A DNA stretch of 64,000 bases from an uncultured Methanoregulaceae archaeon (GCA_963705255.1 OY970061.1:1632001-1696000), one strand, 5' to 3'; shown: positions 1 through 11,324, numbered from the stretch's first letter. Translations and numbers: made by a program. The notes: generated from the sequence alone by a model not told the origin.

Positions 1-97
1 GTCGTACCGGTGAGTGCATGGAAGTGATCCAGGGAAAAGCGGTGGAGTTCTGGCGGATGGAAATTGACAGGGATACATTTCATGGGGTGAATACACA

Positions 98-658
98 ATG
101 AAGGAAGCATTACTGGTCATCGATGTCCAGAACGAATATTTCTCCGGAAAACTGCCGGTCACCTACCCGAAGGGGAGTCTGGTCAGTATCCTGCAGGCCA
201 TGGATGCCGCACACGCTGCACAGGTCCCGGTCGTCGTCATCCAGCACGCCAGCCATGCGCCGGACGCGGCAACGTTCCGGCACGGAACCTATGGCTGGGA
301 ACTTCATGCCGAAGTGAAAAAACGGCCCCGTGATCTGCCGATCGAGAAGACCCTGCCGGGGAGTTTCAGCGGTACCACCCTCGACACTTGGCTCAGGAAT
401 CGCGGCATCGGCTCGGTGACCATTGCCGGTTATATGACCCAGATGTGCTGCGACACGACCGCACGACAGGCATTCCATAACGGGTACGGCGTAAAATTCC
501 TTTCGGATGCGACCGGGACGCTGAGCGTCACCAACCGGGCCGGGACAATCGGCGATGCGGACCTGCACCGTGCAGTTCTCGTGACCCAGCAGATGCGGTT
601 CTCGCAGGTCATGACGACCGCGGAGTGGATCCGGTCATTGAACGTTGTCTTCGATTAG
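98..658 (+). CDS. Isochorismatase-family cysteine hydrolase
   Basis: [12 protein letters not shown]-terminal motif, [22 protein letters not shown] catalytic region. Confidence 0.9.
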   Translation: MKEALLVIDVQNEYFSGKLPVTYPKGSLVSILQAMDAAHAAQVPVVVIQHASHAPDAATFRHGTYGWELHAEVKKRPRDLPIEKTLPGSFSGTTLDTWLRNRGIGSVTIAGYMTQMCCDTTARQAFHNGYGVKFLSDATGTLSVTNRAGTIGDADLHRAVLVTQQMRFSQVMTTAEWIRSLNVVFD

Positions 659-694
659 CGGACAGGACAGAAAGAGAAATATCCCGGACAACGA

Positions 695-2107
695 ATGAAG
701 ATTATGCACCGGGAACGAATCTGCCCTGCAAGCCGTTTTCTCCTGATTGCCATCGTTCTCCTGATCGGATGCCTTTCCCTGATCGTTCTCCCGGCGGCAG
801 CAGAATCGGACGGCAGTATCCGGATTTATTCGAACCCTCCCGGCAGCGGCGCATGTCTTGACAGCACTGATAACTCCGGGAACTGCATAGCATTCGACAG
901 CAGCGGGTTTGCTGAATTCTACAATATCGCCGGGGGCAGTTCTCATACCGTTTCCGTCTTCCTTGACGGCTACCAGACCTCCACAACGACGGTCTATGTA
1001 CCGGAGGGCCAGGAGGTCGAGCTCCATGCAGACCTGCAGCCGAATCCTTCCGCGACAACCTCCCCCATCCCGACCTCGGCGACCACAACGACCCCGGATT
1101 TCCTGCAGGGCCTCATCACCGCGATCCGGAACCTCTTCTCCGGTGGCAGTTCCGGCGCCATCAATAGCCAGTCTCAGGCCGGGAGCACCGGAACCACCGT
1201 TTCCGGAACTGCAACCACCCTTCCGACCCCCACAACCCCGGGAGAGGGGCCGAAGGTGATCGCCGCCTACTTCTATCTCTTCGACCCTGCCTACGATGCC
1301 GCGATCTCGGTGCAGGACCAGATCCCGTGGAAGAAGGTCAACCGCGTGTATATCGGTTTTGCCACGGTCCAGGACGGCGTACTGACCGATTTACCGGCTG
1401 GCAGCTCGGCAGAAGACACCGCACAGCGTGAAGTAAACAAGGCAAAGATCCGGAACGTCATCGCATTGTGCCGGCAGGGCAACCCGGACGCCGAGATCTT
1501 CATCACGTCCAACTTCGGGGAGGGCATGGACGACCAGTACCTCCAGGCGGCACAGGATCCGCAGAAGTTTGCCGGCAGCGTCCTTTCCTACCTGAAAGCC
1601 TATGACCTCGACGGCTACGACATGGACTGGGAGAGCCGCCAGATCGACGACTACGCCCCCCAGCTGACCTCGCTCCTCTCGGCCTGCCATGCCACGTTTA
1701 CAGCAGCCGGGACAGACCCACACGGCCATACCTACCAGCTGACCCACACGGTCTGGCCCGGGGTCGAGTCGGCGCAGACCGTTGCCGGCCTGAAGGACAG
1801 CGTGGACCAGATCAATATCATGTCCTACGGGCCCGGGGACACGTATGACCTCGCATCCTATGCAGATGCCTATTACCAGGCCGGGTTCCCCTACGGGAAG
1901 ATAATCGGGGGCGTAGAGAGCGAATCCGGGTATCCCGAGAGCGGCGGACCGGATACGCAGGCCTCGGTTGATGCCAAATGCGCGTATGTGAAGGCGAACG
2001 ACCTGGCCGGCCTGTTCGAGTGGCGCATGGACAACGACATGCGAGCAGACAACGGCCCGCCAACCTTCCGTGTGACAGGGTGGATGCACGATTGTCTCAC
2101 GGGGTAA
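695..2107 (+). CDS. Secreted GH18 (chitinase-like) glycoside hydrolase with N-terminal PEGA-like domain and Thr/Ser/Pro linker
   Basis: Hydrophobic signal peptide; PEGA-like GSIRIYSNPPG...HTVSVFLDGYQ; LDGYDMDWE = GH18 DxxDxDxE; INIMSY; LAGLFEW. Confidence 0.85.
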   Translation: MKIMHRERICPASRFLLIAIVLLIGCLSLIVLPAAAESDGSIRIYSNPPGSGACLDSTDNSGNCIAFDSSGFAEFYNIAGGSSHTVSVFLDGYQTSTTTVYVPEGQEVELHADLQPNPSATTSPIPTSATTTTPDFLQGLITAIRNLFSGGSSGAINSQSQAGSTGTTVSGTATTLPTPTTPGEGPKVIAAYFYLFDPAYDAAISVQDQIPWKKVNRVYIGFATVQDGVLTDLPAGSSAEDTAQREVNKAKIRNVIALCRQGNPDAEIFITSNFGEGMDDQYLQAAQDPQKFAGSVLSYLKAYDLDGYDMDWESRQIDDYAPQLTSLLSACHATFTAAGTDPHGHTYQLTHTVWPGVESAQTVAGLKDSVDQINIMSYGPGDTYDLASYADAYYQAGFPYGKIIGGVESESGYPESGGPDTQASVDAKCAYVKANDLAGLFEWRMDNDMRADNGPPTFRVTGWMHDCLTG

Positions 2108-2214
2108 ATCCCGGTTTGGTATTCGGGCACATCAATCCAGGTTATTGACGGGCGCATTTTCCTGCGGGACCGGGGCTGCTGGACGAACGGGGCCGGCAGG
2201 GGTCCTGGGTCCAT

Positions 2215-2614
2215 TCAGGTGCCGGAAATGTTCAGGCTCTCCTCAAGGCCTTCAAAATGTTTGTCGCCGCTCAGGATCTTCAGCCCGCGTGACCGGGCTG
2301 TGGCAAGGATCATGCAGTCAACGGCTCCCATGGCAGTGCCCTCCTTCTTCTGCAGGGATTTGATCGAGCCCGCAGTGACCGCGATCCGGATATCAACCGG
2401 GATCACCTCTGCATGGGAAAGGATCGTTGCAAGGAGCGACCCGGATTTTTCTTCTCCATACAAATCTCCAAGCCGGTACTGGAGACTGGTACAGTGTCAG
2501 CACGGAGACTGCGAGCGGGGAATTCCGTTCAATGCATTCCAGTGCCTGCCGTCCCCACGGGCTGTCCCGGAAGATCTCGATCCAGGTGAACGTATCAATG
2601 AGGATGCCGGTCAC
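2215..2614 (-). CDS. vapC: PIN-domain VapC-type toxin (split by a frameshift near 2470)
   Basis: ORF 2393-2614 gives ILIDTFTWIE; ORF 2215-2463 gives MGAVDCMILATA...ILSGDKHF; GTG start overlaps antitoxin stop (GTGA). Confidence 0.8.
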
Positions 2615-2917
2615 TCCGCATCCTCCTCCTCAACCTCCCGGTCATGGTCGCGATAGATTGCTTCGATATCCAGATCGGGAAGGATGCCCAGGAGCGAGCT
2701 GAGCGGTTTGACCGGAATCAGACTCGATGTGGCCTTCTACCTCTTTCACCTCGAAACGGTTTGCATGGTAATGGTCCCGGATCTTTTTGGGAAGCACCAT
2801 CCGGCCGGTTGCATCCACGGTGATGACCGTCCCGGTCTCTGCCCGGTATTCAGCCAGGGGCTCGCTGACTCCATGGAGCTTTTTCCGTTTGCCGGAATCT
2901 CGGGTTTTCTGTTTCAT
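2611..2917 (-). CDS. AbrB/MazE/SpoVT-family antitoxin (frameshift near 2720)
   Basis: ITVDATGRMVLPKKIRDHY AbrB signature; an acidic C-terminus (AIYRDHDREVEEEDAE*) lies in another frame ending at 2611, directly upstream of the PIN gene. Confidence 0.75.
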
Positions 2918-3183
2918 GGCCAGCCCTTTTACTGAAAGGTGGGATGTATGGAAAAATATAATTTTTGGCAAAAGAAAAAAATGGCAGAGCGGGTTTATTG
3001 GCAAAATCGGTATTGATTGGTGGCATATCGGTATCGGTAATTTTTTAGTTGATCCGATATTCACTGAGGGAGCGTTAAAAGTATTGATGGTAAAGCAGCG
3101 GCGTGGAAAACCGGAACTGCTGCAGTCATGTCGAGTGCGAAGGGGATATGAAAAATGTTGAGGGAGGATATTGCTGTATCCAA

Positions 3184-4629
3184 TTATTCTTCCCGGATTT
3201 TTACCGGTCCCCCGCCGCTGCATAAGAACTGCACAGTATCATCAGTGACCTGGTAACTTAACAACAATCCATCTGTCGAATTGAATACTAACCTCACCCC
3301 ATAGTCTGATTCAAGTGCCCGGTCACCTTTAAAAATAAACAGATTATTGTAATTGTAAGAGTTATATGGGGTCAGATTCAGGTGCCTCTGATCGAAATGA
3401 TAATATCGGTCCTTTGTAAAGTTCGTGACGGTTGAGATTGTGGATTCTGAGGGAGACCTTTTTTCAAGGGAAAAATTCCCTATACCCGCATTCGAGCAGG
3501 ATGGATCTAATGAAGCAGATATTATCGTGCCAGTGAAGGCATCCACCTTGAAATTACATTTCAGTGTCGAAAATTCATAGTGATTCCAGAAATACGAACT
3601 GCCACCGCATCCACCACTCCCATGCTCAAAAAATTTTCCTTCGAATGAAGGGTTGATGCCCGGGTTTTCCGTAAATTTTTTAATTGCTTCCAGTGCTTTT
3701 TCTTTTCCCACCGGGCCCGATGTTCCAAGCCACATCCTCACAGGGAAAGTGAGATCCGGCTGAAGTGAAGTATTTCGCATCTCCGTGAAGTTTGTTCGAT
3801 TATCAAACGGGTCCCGGAAGTAATAATCCCATTCAGAGGGTTCAGACCCTGCCGGGACATACAATGTCAGAGACCTGCCTCGGATTTCATCGGTCGCATT
3901 CATAATCCAGACAGGTACAAGGTACTGCGGGACAGTGCTGTTCACCGGAGTATAGTAGCCCAATTGCATATCGTAAATAGTGAGGTTGAATACAAGATCC
4001 GGGGTATCTCTTCCCTGCCCGTTTTCAAGTCTTTTTATCGCTTCCGATGCTGGGACGACCCGGGTCATCCCTGTTTCTTCAAGCGTTAACCAGTGTTTGT
4101 TAAGATTACTCAAAGCCCCTCTTGCACCTAATTCAATACCCATACTCCCGGCATTTCCATAAACCGGCATTTCATGCAGTTCCTGACGGTAGTAAATCCG
4201 GCGGGTTCCAACCCCCGACTTCCCCGAATTGATTCCACTTACCGTAACCCACTCAGAGCTTGTAATAATGGAAGTAATTACTGCATCTTTTGGCATCCCC
4301 CCGTAGGGCTCAAGAGCAATTTCCGCATAGTGATTACATTCTTCCGGGGAAGGGGCAGATTCCCCAAGCGTCACGGCAAGGTCGTACGCCGTATCATTAC
4401 TATATTTTATACTACTGTATGTCCCGTTTACAATTTTGAACAGGGGCACACAAGGATCGAGCAGCTTGCCGGAACTGTCCAGCCGACAGTTCTGGTTTTC
4501 CCGTGCTTGAGAATCCCCTGAATGTATTCCTGAGAGTAAAAGAAAACCGACTGCTCCGGCGATAATTATCGCGATTACTGCCAGCATAAAAAGAACAGAT
4601 TTACGAATCTGTCTACGGTCATCAATCAT
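3184..4629 (-). CDS. Hypothetical membrane-anchored extracellular protein, AT-rich
   Basis: 481-aa ORF with N-terminal TM helix, YLVPVW and FKVDAFTG PepSY/YcdB-like segments, many N-x-S/T sites; visibly lower GC than flanks. Confidence 0.7.
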   Translation of the reverse strand: MIDDRRQIRKSVLFMLAVIAIIIAGAVGFLLLSGIHSGDSQARENQNCRLDSSGKLLDPCVPLFKIVNGTYSSIKYSNDTAYDLAVTLGESAPSPEECNHYAEIALEPYGGMPKDAVITSIITSSEWVTVSGINSGKSGVGTRRIYYRQELHEMPVYGNAGSMGIELGARGALSNLNKHWLTLEETGMTRVVPASEAIKRLENGQGRDTPDLVFNLTIYDMQLGYYTPVNSTVPQYLVPVWIMNATDEIRGRSLTLYVPAGSEPSEWDYYFRDPFDNRTNFTEMRNTSLQPDLTFPVRMWLGTSGPVGKEKALEAIKKFTENPGINPSFEGKFFEHGSGGCGGSSYFWNHYEFSTLKCNFKVDAFTGTIISASLDPSCSNAGIGNFSLEKRSPSESTISTVTNFTKDRYYHFDQRHLNLTPYNSYNYNNLFIFKGDRALESDYGVRLVFNSTDGLLLSYQVTDDTVQFLCSGGGPVKIREE

Positions 4630-4857
4630 GGAATAATCAACTCAAGAAAAGGCATTTCACGATTCCGAAATTTTTGCATGTTAAGGAAGTATAATATTTT
4701 GTTCTATATAAAAAAATATTCATTTTGATATTAAGAAAAGGAATTTCAGCAATTTTTCGCCAAACAGAAGGGATCCACATCCCTTGATTGTCGCAGTATC
4801 TTTTTCAATTCTTCGAACGGTTCGATCTACAATTCCGTAATTAAATAAATGGCTTAT

Positions 4858-5787
4858 TTATTCCGCAGCAGACCCGTGGTTGGATTCCCCTTCCACCCGG
4901 CATATCTGCACAAAGATATCCCCGAAGAACTCCTCCTGCCGCAGCGAGCACCGCCCGTCCAGTGCGAGGAACAGGAGCGGGATGTAGACTTCGGGAATGC
5001 CCCACTCCATCTGCCGGCACAACTCCGCGAGGGTCATCTCCTCGTCGATCTCCAGCCCTTCGAGATATTCCGCGAGCCGCACCATGGACGACTCCTGGAA
5101 CCCTTCTTCGTGAGCGATGCTGACGACATCGTCCGCATCGATCAGGAACGCCTCGGAGGGGTCAGCGGTCATTCTTCGTCGCCGGCGTTCTTCCTTCTCG
5201 ATATTTTTCAGCTCGGTGATCAGCTCGAAGAGCGTGATCGGGCTCTTGCGCATGTTCTTCCGGTCGAGGCGGCGCTGGATCTCGTGCTCGAGCCGCTCGA
5301 TAGGACCGAGCCTGCCGCCATAATCCATATCCTCCGACAGGCCGCCCCCGAAGTCGTCGCCGAACAGATCGTCCCCGTCGCTGTCACCCTCGTCTTCAGG
5401 AACTTCCACGACCACGAGCTGCTCGGATTTCAGCCGGACGAGGGTTGCGGCATAGAAGAGGGTCCGTCCCGAGAGCTCCAGGTTGAGCTGACGCCGCCGC
5501 TCCAGCTCGCTGAGGAAGCGGTCCGTGACCTCGATGATATCGATGTTCCACGGATCGATCTCGCCCCGCTCCGCAAGGCCGACGAGGATCTCGACCGGGT
5601 CCTCGACAATCCCTTCGGTCCGGGGGAGATCCGCAGTGCTCCCGCCCGCCGGGACCGCCCCGTCTGTCGGGCCGTGCTCCGGTTGAGGGGGAGCAGCCGG
5701 CGTACCCTGCTCCGCGTTTTCTGCATCACCGGCATGGAGATTCGGGTTGCCCCCCCTCCCCGCTGCCGGAGGTTCATCAGCCGGCAT
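4858..5787 (-). CDS. scpA: Segregation/condensation protein A (kleisin)
   Basis: EIDPWNIDIIEVTDRFL, LFYAATLVRLKSE, YIPLLFLA...QEEFFGDI; immediately downstream of smc. Confidence 0.92.
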   Translation of the reverse strand: MPADEPPAAGRGGNPNLHAGDAENAEQGTPAAPPQPEHGPTDGAVPAGGSTADLPRTEGIVEDPVEILVGLAERGEIDPWNIDIIEVTDRFLSELERRRQLNLELSGRTLFYAATLVRLKSEQLVVVEVPEDEGDSDGDDLFGDDFGGGLSEDMDYGGRLGPIERLEHEIQRRLDRKNMRKSPITLFELITELKNIEKEERRRRRMTADPSEAFLIDADDVVSIAHEEGFQESSMVRLAEYLEGLEIDEEMTLAELCRQMEWGIPEVYIPLLFLALDGRCSLRQEEFFGDIFVQICRVEGESNHGSAAE

Positions 5788-8700
5788 TCGCCTTTACCCC
5801 GGTAACGAGCGTGCTCTTGTCGGACCGCAGGGTGACCCCCATGATCCGCTGTGCTGCCCCGATCATCGGCTTGCGCAGGGAGACGATGACGAACTGGGAA
5901 CTGGGGGAGAGTTCGGTCACCATCGATGCGATCCGCTCGACATTCGAGCCGTCGAGGGACATGTCCACCTCGTCGAAGGCGTAGAACGGGGCCGGGATAT
6001 AGCGCTGGATCGAGAAGATGAAGGCGAGCGTGGTGAGCGACTTCTCGCCGCCGGAGAGGGAGGAGAGGAGGTGCACCTTCTTGTCCCGTGGCTGGACCGC
6101 AAAGGTCATCCCGCCGGCGAACGGGTCCTCCTCGTTCTCGAGCACGAGGTGCCCGCTCCCGCTCGTGAGCCGGGCGAAGATCTCCCGGAAGTTCGCGTCA
6201 ATAGCACGGAACGCCGTGGTGAACGCCTCGTACTTCATCTGCTCGAACTTCTCGATCCGCTCGATCAGGGTCTCCCGCTCGCTCGAGAGGGTCTCCTTCC
6301 GTTCGGTCCGCTCCGTGACCTGCCGCTGCACCTTCTCGTACTCCTCGATCGCGAGCATGTTCACGGCGCCGATCTTCCGCAGCGCCCCGTCAGCCTCGGC
6401 GATCTTCCCCTCGATCTCCGGGAGCGTAAGGCTCGTGTCCATCTCCCCGACCTGCTGCCTGAGCATCCCGACTTCGATGCCGAGGGTCCGGGCGCGCTCC
6501 TCAATCGCCCCCATCTGGACCGCGATCCGCTCCTTTTCTGCATCGAACTTCATGAGGTTCAGTTCGGAGTTCTGGATATTCTGGGAGACCTCGCCCCGCC
6601 TGGCCCGGAGCTCGTCAAGTTCCCCGGAGAACTCCTTCTGTTTCTCCTCCAGCGCAGCGATCTGCGACCTGTTGGCCGCGATCTGTTCGTTCGAAGCCGC
6701 GATCTCGGCATCGATCCGGTGGTTGCTCCCCTCGTACCGCTCGCGCTCCCCGCCCAGCTCCCCGAGCCGTGCCGAGAAGTGCTGGCGCTCGCGCTGGGCG
6801 TCGTTGATATCCCCGTCCTTGTTCCGCAGGCGGCGTTCCGACTCCTCGATCTCCCGGCGCTTCTTCTCCATCTGCTCGGTCAGCGCCGGGATATCGGTGT
6901 CGTCGAGCCGTTTCTTGATCCCCTCGATCTCCGCGTTGATCCCGTTGATGACCTCCGTGGTCCTGTCGAGCTCCGCCTCGAGAGCCGCAAGCCCGGAGGC
7001 CCCGTTCCTCGTCTCCTCCTGCTGGCGTGCGACTGCCGCATCGATCGTCTGCTTCTCGACCGTTATCGCTTCGAACCGGCGGGAGAACTCCCCGGTGAAC
7101 ATCTCGAAGCGGGCGACCTTCTGGTCGATCTCGTTCCGGGCCGCCCGTTTCGCGTCCACCTCTTCGGTCAGGCGTTTGACCCCCGATTCAATCGCCGATG
7201 CTTCCCCCTGCAGTTCCGCGAGGTGCGCCCGGATGCGGTGGATCTCGTCGTCAACCGCGGCACCGAACCCCCGCCCGCCCTGTTTCTTTGTCGCCCCGCC
7301 GGTCATGGCACCGCTCTTCTCAAGGAGTTCGCCTTCCAGCGTCACCATCCGGTACCGGCCGATCAGCTTCCGTGCCCGCTCCAGCGTGTCGACAATAACC
7401 GTTGCACCGAGGACAACCCCGAACGCCCGGTCGTACTTCGGGTCGTACTCGAGCAGGTTCACGGCATAGTCGACGATACCCGGCTCCTTGACGGGGGGCA
7501 GGGCCGGGGCCTGAGCTTGTTTAACGGGAGGAACGTGACCCTGCCCAGCCGCTCCTCCTTGAGGTAGCGGATCGCGTCTGCCGCGATCTGGTCGTCGTCG
7601 CAGACCACGAACTGAAGCTTGTTGCCAGCGGCGATATTGAGCGCGGTCGAGTATTCCGCCGGGGCCTTCCCCAGCTCGGCGATGGTGCCGTGCACCCCAT
7701 CCATGGCCGCAACCGCCTCGATCGCCCTGCCCCCGGACTCGCCCCGGGCCTGCTGGGCGGCCTCGAGCCGGATCGCGTCCTGTTCGTTCTCGCGGATCTC
7801 CGAGCGGAGGCGCTCGAGGGTCGTGCGCTGGGCAAAGAGGGAACCCTCCAGTTCCGAGAGGTTCCGGTCCAGCTCCTTCTTCTCGTCCAGCAGCCCGGCG
7901 ACGCTCGTCTCGCTGTCCCGGAGCTGCAACTGTTTTGCCGTGTATTCCTCGTCCAGCTGCCGGAGCAGGGCGGTGAGGCGTTCGAGCTCGGTCGTGCGCA
8001 TCCGGCTCTTCTCGATCAGCATGTCCTGCTGGTGGAGGATGCCCGAGCGCTGCCCCTTCTTCTCCTCTGCCTCTTTGAGGAGGGAGAAGAGCTTCTCGCG
8101 GGCTCCCTCGGTGTCCTCGCTGTGCTGCCTGAGCCCGGTCTCGATCTTTTCGAGCTGGGCCCGGGACGTGGCGACCTCCATCGCGATATTGGTCCGGTCG
8201 ATGGTCAGCGTGCGGATCTGGTCGGTGCACTCGGCCACCCGGGCCTCCGCACGCTTGGTGTCCATGTACACCCGGTTGATGGCCTCGAGGTTCCCTTCCT
8301 TCTCCCTCCGCAGGCGCACGATGGTCTGCTCGGCGAGCTTGATCCCGCTCTTGGCTTCCTCGAGTTCCGCGATCAGCTTGAGATAGTCCGAACCGCTCTT
8401 TTTATTGATGAGCTCGTCGATGTCCTTCAGGTCGGCCTTCACATAGGAGAGCTCGTTCTCCTCGAGGCCGCGGTCGGATGCGATGCGGGCGAGCTGGATC
8501 CTGTGCTCCTCGGCAGACTGGGTGAGGGTCCTGAGCTCCTTCTCCCGGTCATGGAGCTGGGCCGCGGAGCGGCAGTTCTGGAAATGGGAGAGCTCCTTCT
8601 GCCATTTCTGGTATTCGAGGGCATGTTCCCGTTCCCGCTTCAGCTCGTTCGCCCGCCGGGACAACTCGATAAGCAAAAGCTCTTCGCGCTCGATCCGCTC

Positions 8701-9222
8701 ACGCACGATGTCGAGCTCGGCAAGCGACTGCTGCTTCTTGGTATCGAACTCGGATACCCCGGCGATCTCGTCGATGATCTTCCGGCGCTCGAAGTCGCTC
8801 ATCTCCATGATGCGGGTGACGTCGCCCTGCATCACGACATTGTAGCCATGGGGCTTGATCCCGTGTTTTGCGAGGTGATCGACGATATCGCTCTGCTTGC
8901 AGAGCCGCTCGTTGAGATAGTTGTAGCTGTAATACCCGTTCCCGGTCCGCTTGATCCGCCGGCGGATCCTCGTCCCGTCCGAGAACTCGAGCGAGACCTC
9001 GGCGGTGTTCCTGCCGGAGTTCAGGTTGATGAGGTCAGTCAGTTTCTCCGCCCGGAGGTTGCGGGAACTCGACAGCGCAAGGACAAAGAGGATGGAATCG
9101 ATGATGTTGCTTTTGCCCGAACCGTTGGGCCCCGATATGACAGTAAAGCCCTCTAAAAAGGGAATTTTTGTCTTTTTTGAAAAAGACTTGAAATTATCGA
9201 TCTCCAGTCCCGTGATATGCAA
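5777..9222 (-). CDS. smc: Chromosome segregation protein SMC (one frameshift at about 7505 in a C/G run)
   Basis: Walker A GPNGSGKSN; hinge GRVTFLPLN and VTLEGELLEKSGAMTGG; LSGGEKS signature; AFDEVD Walker B; split over ORFs 7459-9222 and 5777-8230. Confidence 0.95.
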
Positions 9223-9234
9223 AGATCCGGCTCC

Positions 9235-9720
9235 TTACTTCTTTGCAGGATCTGACTTGTCTTCTTCTGCGGCATAGATAAGGTCGCTCTGCTTGGCCTT
9301 GACAGACGTCCCCTTCTTGTTCCGCCCGTAGCCTGCCGATGCGACGATGTAGTTCTTGTCCCCGCGCCGGGGCTCCAGCTTCATGGTGCCGTCCGACTGC
9401 ATGATCATGTCCATCGCGGGTTCAGCCGGTTCCGCGGGGACCTCGGGCTGGCGTGCACTCTTGGGACGGATCACCGTGCTCCCGCTTGCGGACGGGCCTG
9501 CCGGAGGTGCAGCCGGGGATCCGGGCTGTGCGCCCTGGACAATCGGCCCGCGCCTGAGCTCCTGCCTGCTGCGCTCTTCGGTCTGCTTGGACAACTTCAT
9601 GGCTATGGACTTGAGGTCGAGCAGCTCCTGGGTCAGCCCCTTGACAAGCGCTTCCATCTCACGTACCTTCTTCTCGAGGGCTGCAATGCGGTCCTCGCTC
9701 CCTCCTAAACTTTCCAACAT
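9235..9720 (-). CDS. Hypothetical coiled-coil protein co-oriented upstream of smc
   Basis: DRIAALEKKVREMEALVKGLTQELLDL coiled coil, low-complexity linker, C-terminal SDLIYA; 12 bp from smc start. Confidence 0.75.
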   Translation of the reverse strand: MLESLGGSEDRIAALEKKVREMEALVKGLTQELLDLKSIAMKLSKQTEERSRQELRRGPIVQGAQPGSPAAPPAGPSASGSTVIRPKSARQPEVPAEPAEPAMDMIMQSDGTMKLEPRRGDKNYIVASAGYGRNKKGTSVKAKQSDLIYAAEEDKSDPAKK

Positions 9721-9877
9721 CGTAATCAGTCTCTCCTCTCCAAAGTTCGTGCTCACGACTTCACGTGATCTTTGCATCAGGCCGCACCCGGTTCCGGTTT
9801 TTACCGCCCCGGTGCGGCTTACTCCTTACTATTAATAGTAATGATCGCCTGATAAGGAAAAAAGGTTTCTGATGGGA

Positions 9878-9961
9878 GTGGTTCATCAGAACCACGAGCA
9901 CGAGAAGAATTGCGCAGCAATTCTTCGCTGTCCCGAGAGTCCGTCAGGACTCAAGGGAAGT
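9878..9961 (+). repeat. Three tandem palindromic hairpins (mosaic element, locus 1)
   Basis: GTGGTTC-atca-GAACCAC (9878-9895); GAAGAATTGC-gca-GCAATTCTTC (9904-9926); GAGTCC-gtca-GGACTC (9937-9952). Confidence 0.75.
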
Positions 9962-10066
9962 GGGGAGATCGGGCTCAGAACCACGAGGGGGTTTTCATGG
10001 GTCATATCGTCCTTCACTACCATCCCTAGAAAAGGTATTACCTGATCGGAACGAACCCTTCTCCAT

Positions 10067-11305
10067 ATGTCGTATCTGTCCAAAACGGATCCGGAAATAG
10101 CAGATATCATCGAGAAAGAGAGGCTCCGGCAGGTCAACGGCCTCGAGCTGATCGCTTCCGAGAACGTCGTCTCCCATGCAGTGCTCGAAGCCATGGGATC
10201 GATCATGACCAACAAATATGCCGAGGGTTACCCGGGCAAACGCTATTATGGCGGCTGCGAGTTCCACGATATGGCAGAGAACCTCGCCCGCGACCGGCTC
10301 AAGAAACTGTTCGGCGCAGAGCACGCAAACGTCCAGCCGCACTCGGGCACCCAGGCGAACATGGCGGTCTATTTTGCGTTCATGAACCTGGGAGACACCC
10401 TGATGAGCATGAAGCTCACGCAGGGCGGCCACCTCTCGCACGGCTCACCGGTCAGCTTTACGGGCAAGTTTTACAAGGTAGCCCAGTACAGCCTCGACCC
10501 GGAGACCGAGATGCTCGACTACGGCGCAATTGAAGAGATGGCGCGCAGGGAGAAGCCGAAGATGCTCGTCTGCGGTGCGTCCGCATACCCGAGGACCATC
10601 GATTTCAGGGCGTTCCAGGAGATTGCAGACGGCGTCGGGGCATACTGCATGGCAGACATCGCCCACATCGCCGGGCTCTGCGCGACGGGCGTCCACCCCA
10701 CCTCAGTCGGGGTCGTCAATTTCACCACCACTACGACCCACAAGACCCTCCGCGGCCCCCGCGGCGGCGCGATCATGTGCAACAGCGAGTATGCACCGGC
10801 GATCGACAAGGCGGTCTTCCCGGGCATGCAGGGCGGCCCGCTCATGCACACAATAACGGCAAAGGCGGTCTGTTTTGAGGAAGCTCTGAGGCCCTCGTTC
10901 ACGGAATACAATAAGCAGATCGTCAAGAATGCAAAGGTCCTCGCCGAAACCCTCCTGGCAAACGGCCTCCGCCTCGTCTCCGGCGGCACCGACAACCACC
11001 TCATGCTCCTCGACCTGACGGCCCAGGGCATCACCGGCCTGGAAGCCGAGACTGCGCTCGGCAGGGCCGGCATAACCGTGAACAAGAACACGATCCCGAA
11101 CGAGACCAAGAGCCCGTTTGTCACGAGCGACCTCCGAGTCGGGACCCCGGCGGTCACCTCGCGGGGGATGAAAGAGGCCGAGATGCGCCTGATAGGCACC
11201 TGGATCGCCTCGGTGGTAAAGGACATCCACAACGAGGCTGCCATCAAGGACATCCATGCCAGGGTCAGGGCACTTGCGGGCCGGTTCCCGCTCTATCCGG
11301 AATAA
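10067..11305 (+). CDS. glyA: Serine hydroxymethyltransferase (bacterial/THF type)
   Basis: [45 protein letters not shown]-lysine motif. Confidence 0.97.
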   Translation: MSYLSKTDPEIADIIEKERLRQVNGLELIASENVVSHAVLEAMGSIMTNKYAEGYPGKRYYGGCEFHDMAENLARDRLKKLFGAEHANVQPHSGTQANMAVYFAFMNLGDTLMSMKLTQGGHLSHGSPVSFTGKFYKVAQYSLDPETEMLDYGAIEEMARREKPKMLVCGASAYPRTIDFRAFQEIADGVGAYCMADIAHIAGLCATGVHPTSVGVVNFTTTTTHKTLRGPRGGAIMCNSEYAPAIDKAVFPGMQGGPLMHTITAKAVCFEEALRPSFTEYNKQIVKNAKVLAETLLANGLRLVSGGTDNHLMLLDLTAQGITGLEAETALGRAGITVNKNTIPNETKSPFVTSDLRVGTPAVTSRGMKEAEMRLIGTWIASVVKDIHNEAAIKDIHARVRALAGRFPLYPE

Positions 11306-11324
11306 GGAGTAAGAGGAATTCCCG

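Noticed and set aside
7459-7520. Programmed frameshift or naturally split smc (likewise eno)
   Set aside because: No canonical slippery heptamer recognised, and similar indels occur throughout, so sequencing error is simpler.
9871-10066. Known riboswitch (THF, ZMP/ZTP, glycine) upstream of glyA
   Set aside because: I could not recognise their consensus motifs by eye, and the hairpins match repeats elsewhere in the window; kept only as an unclassified structured leader.
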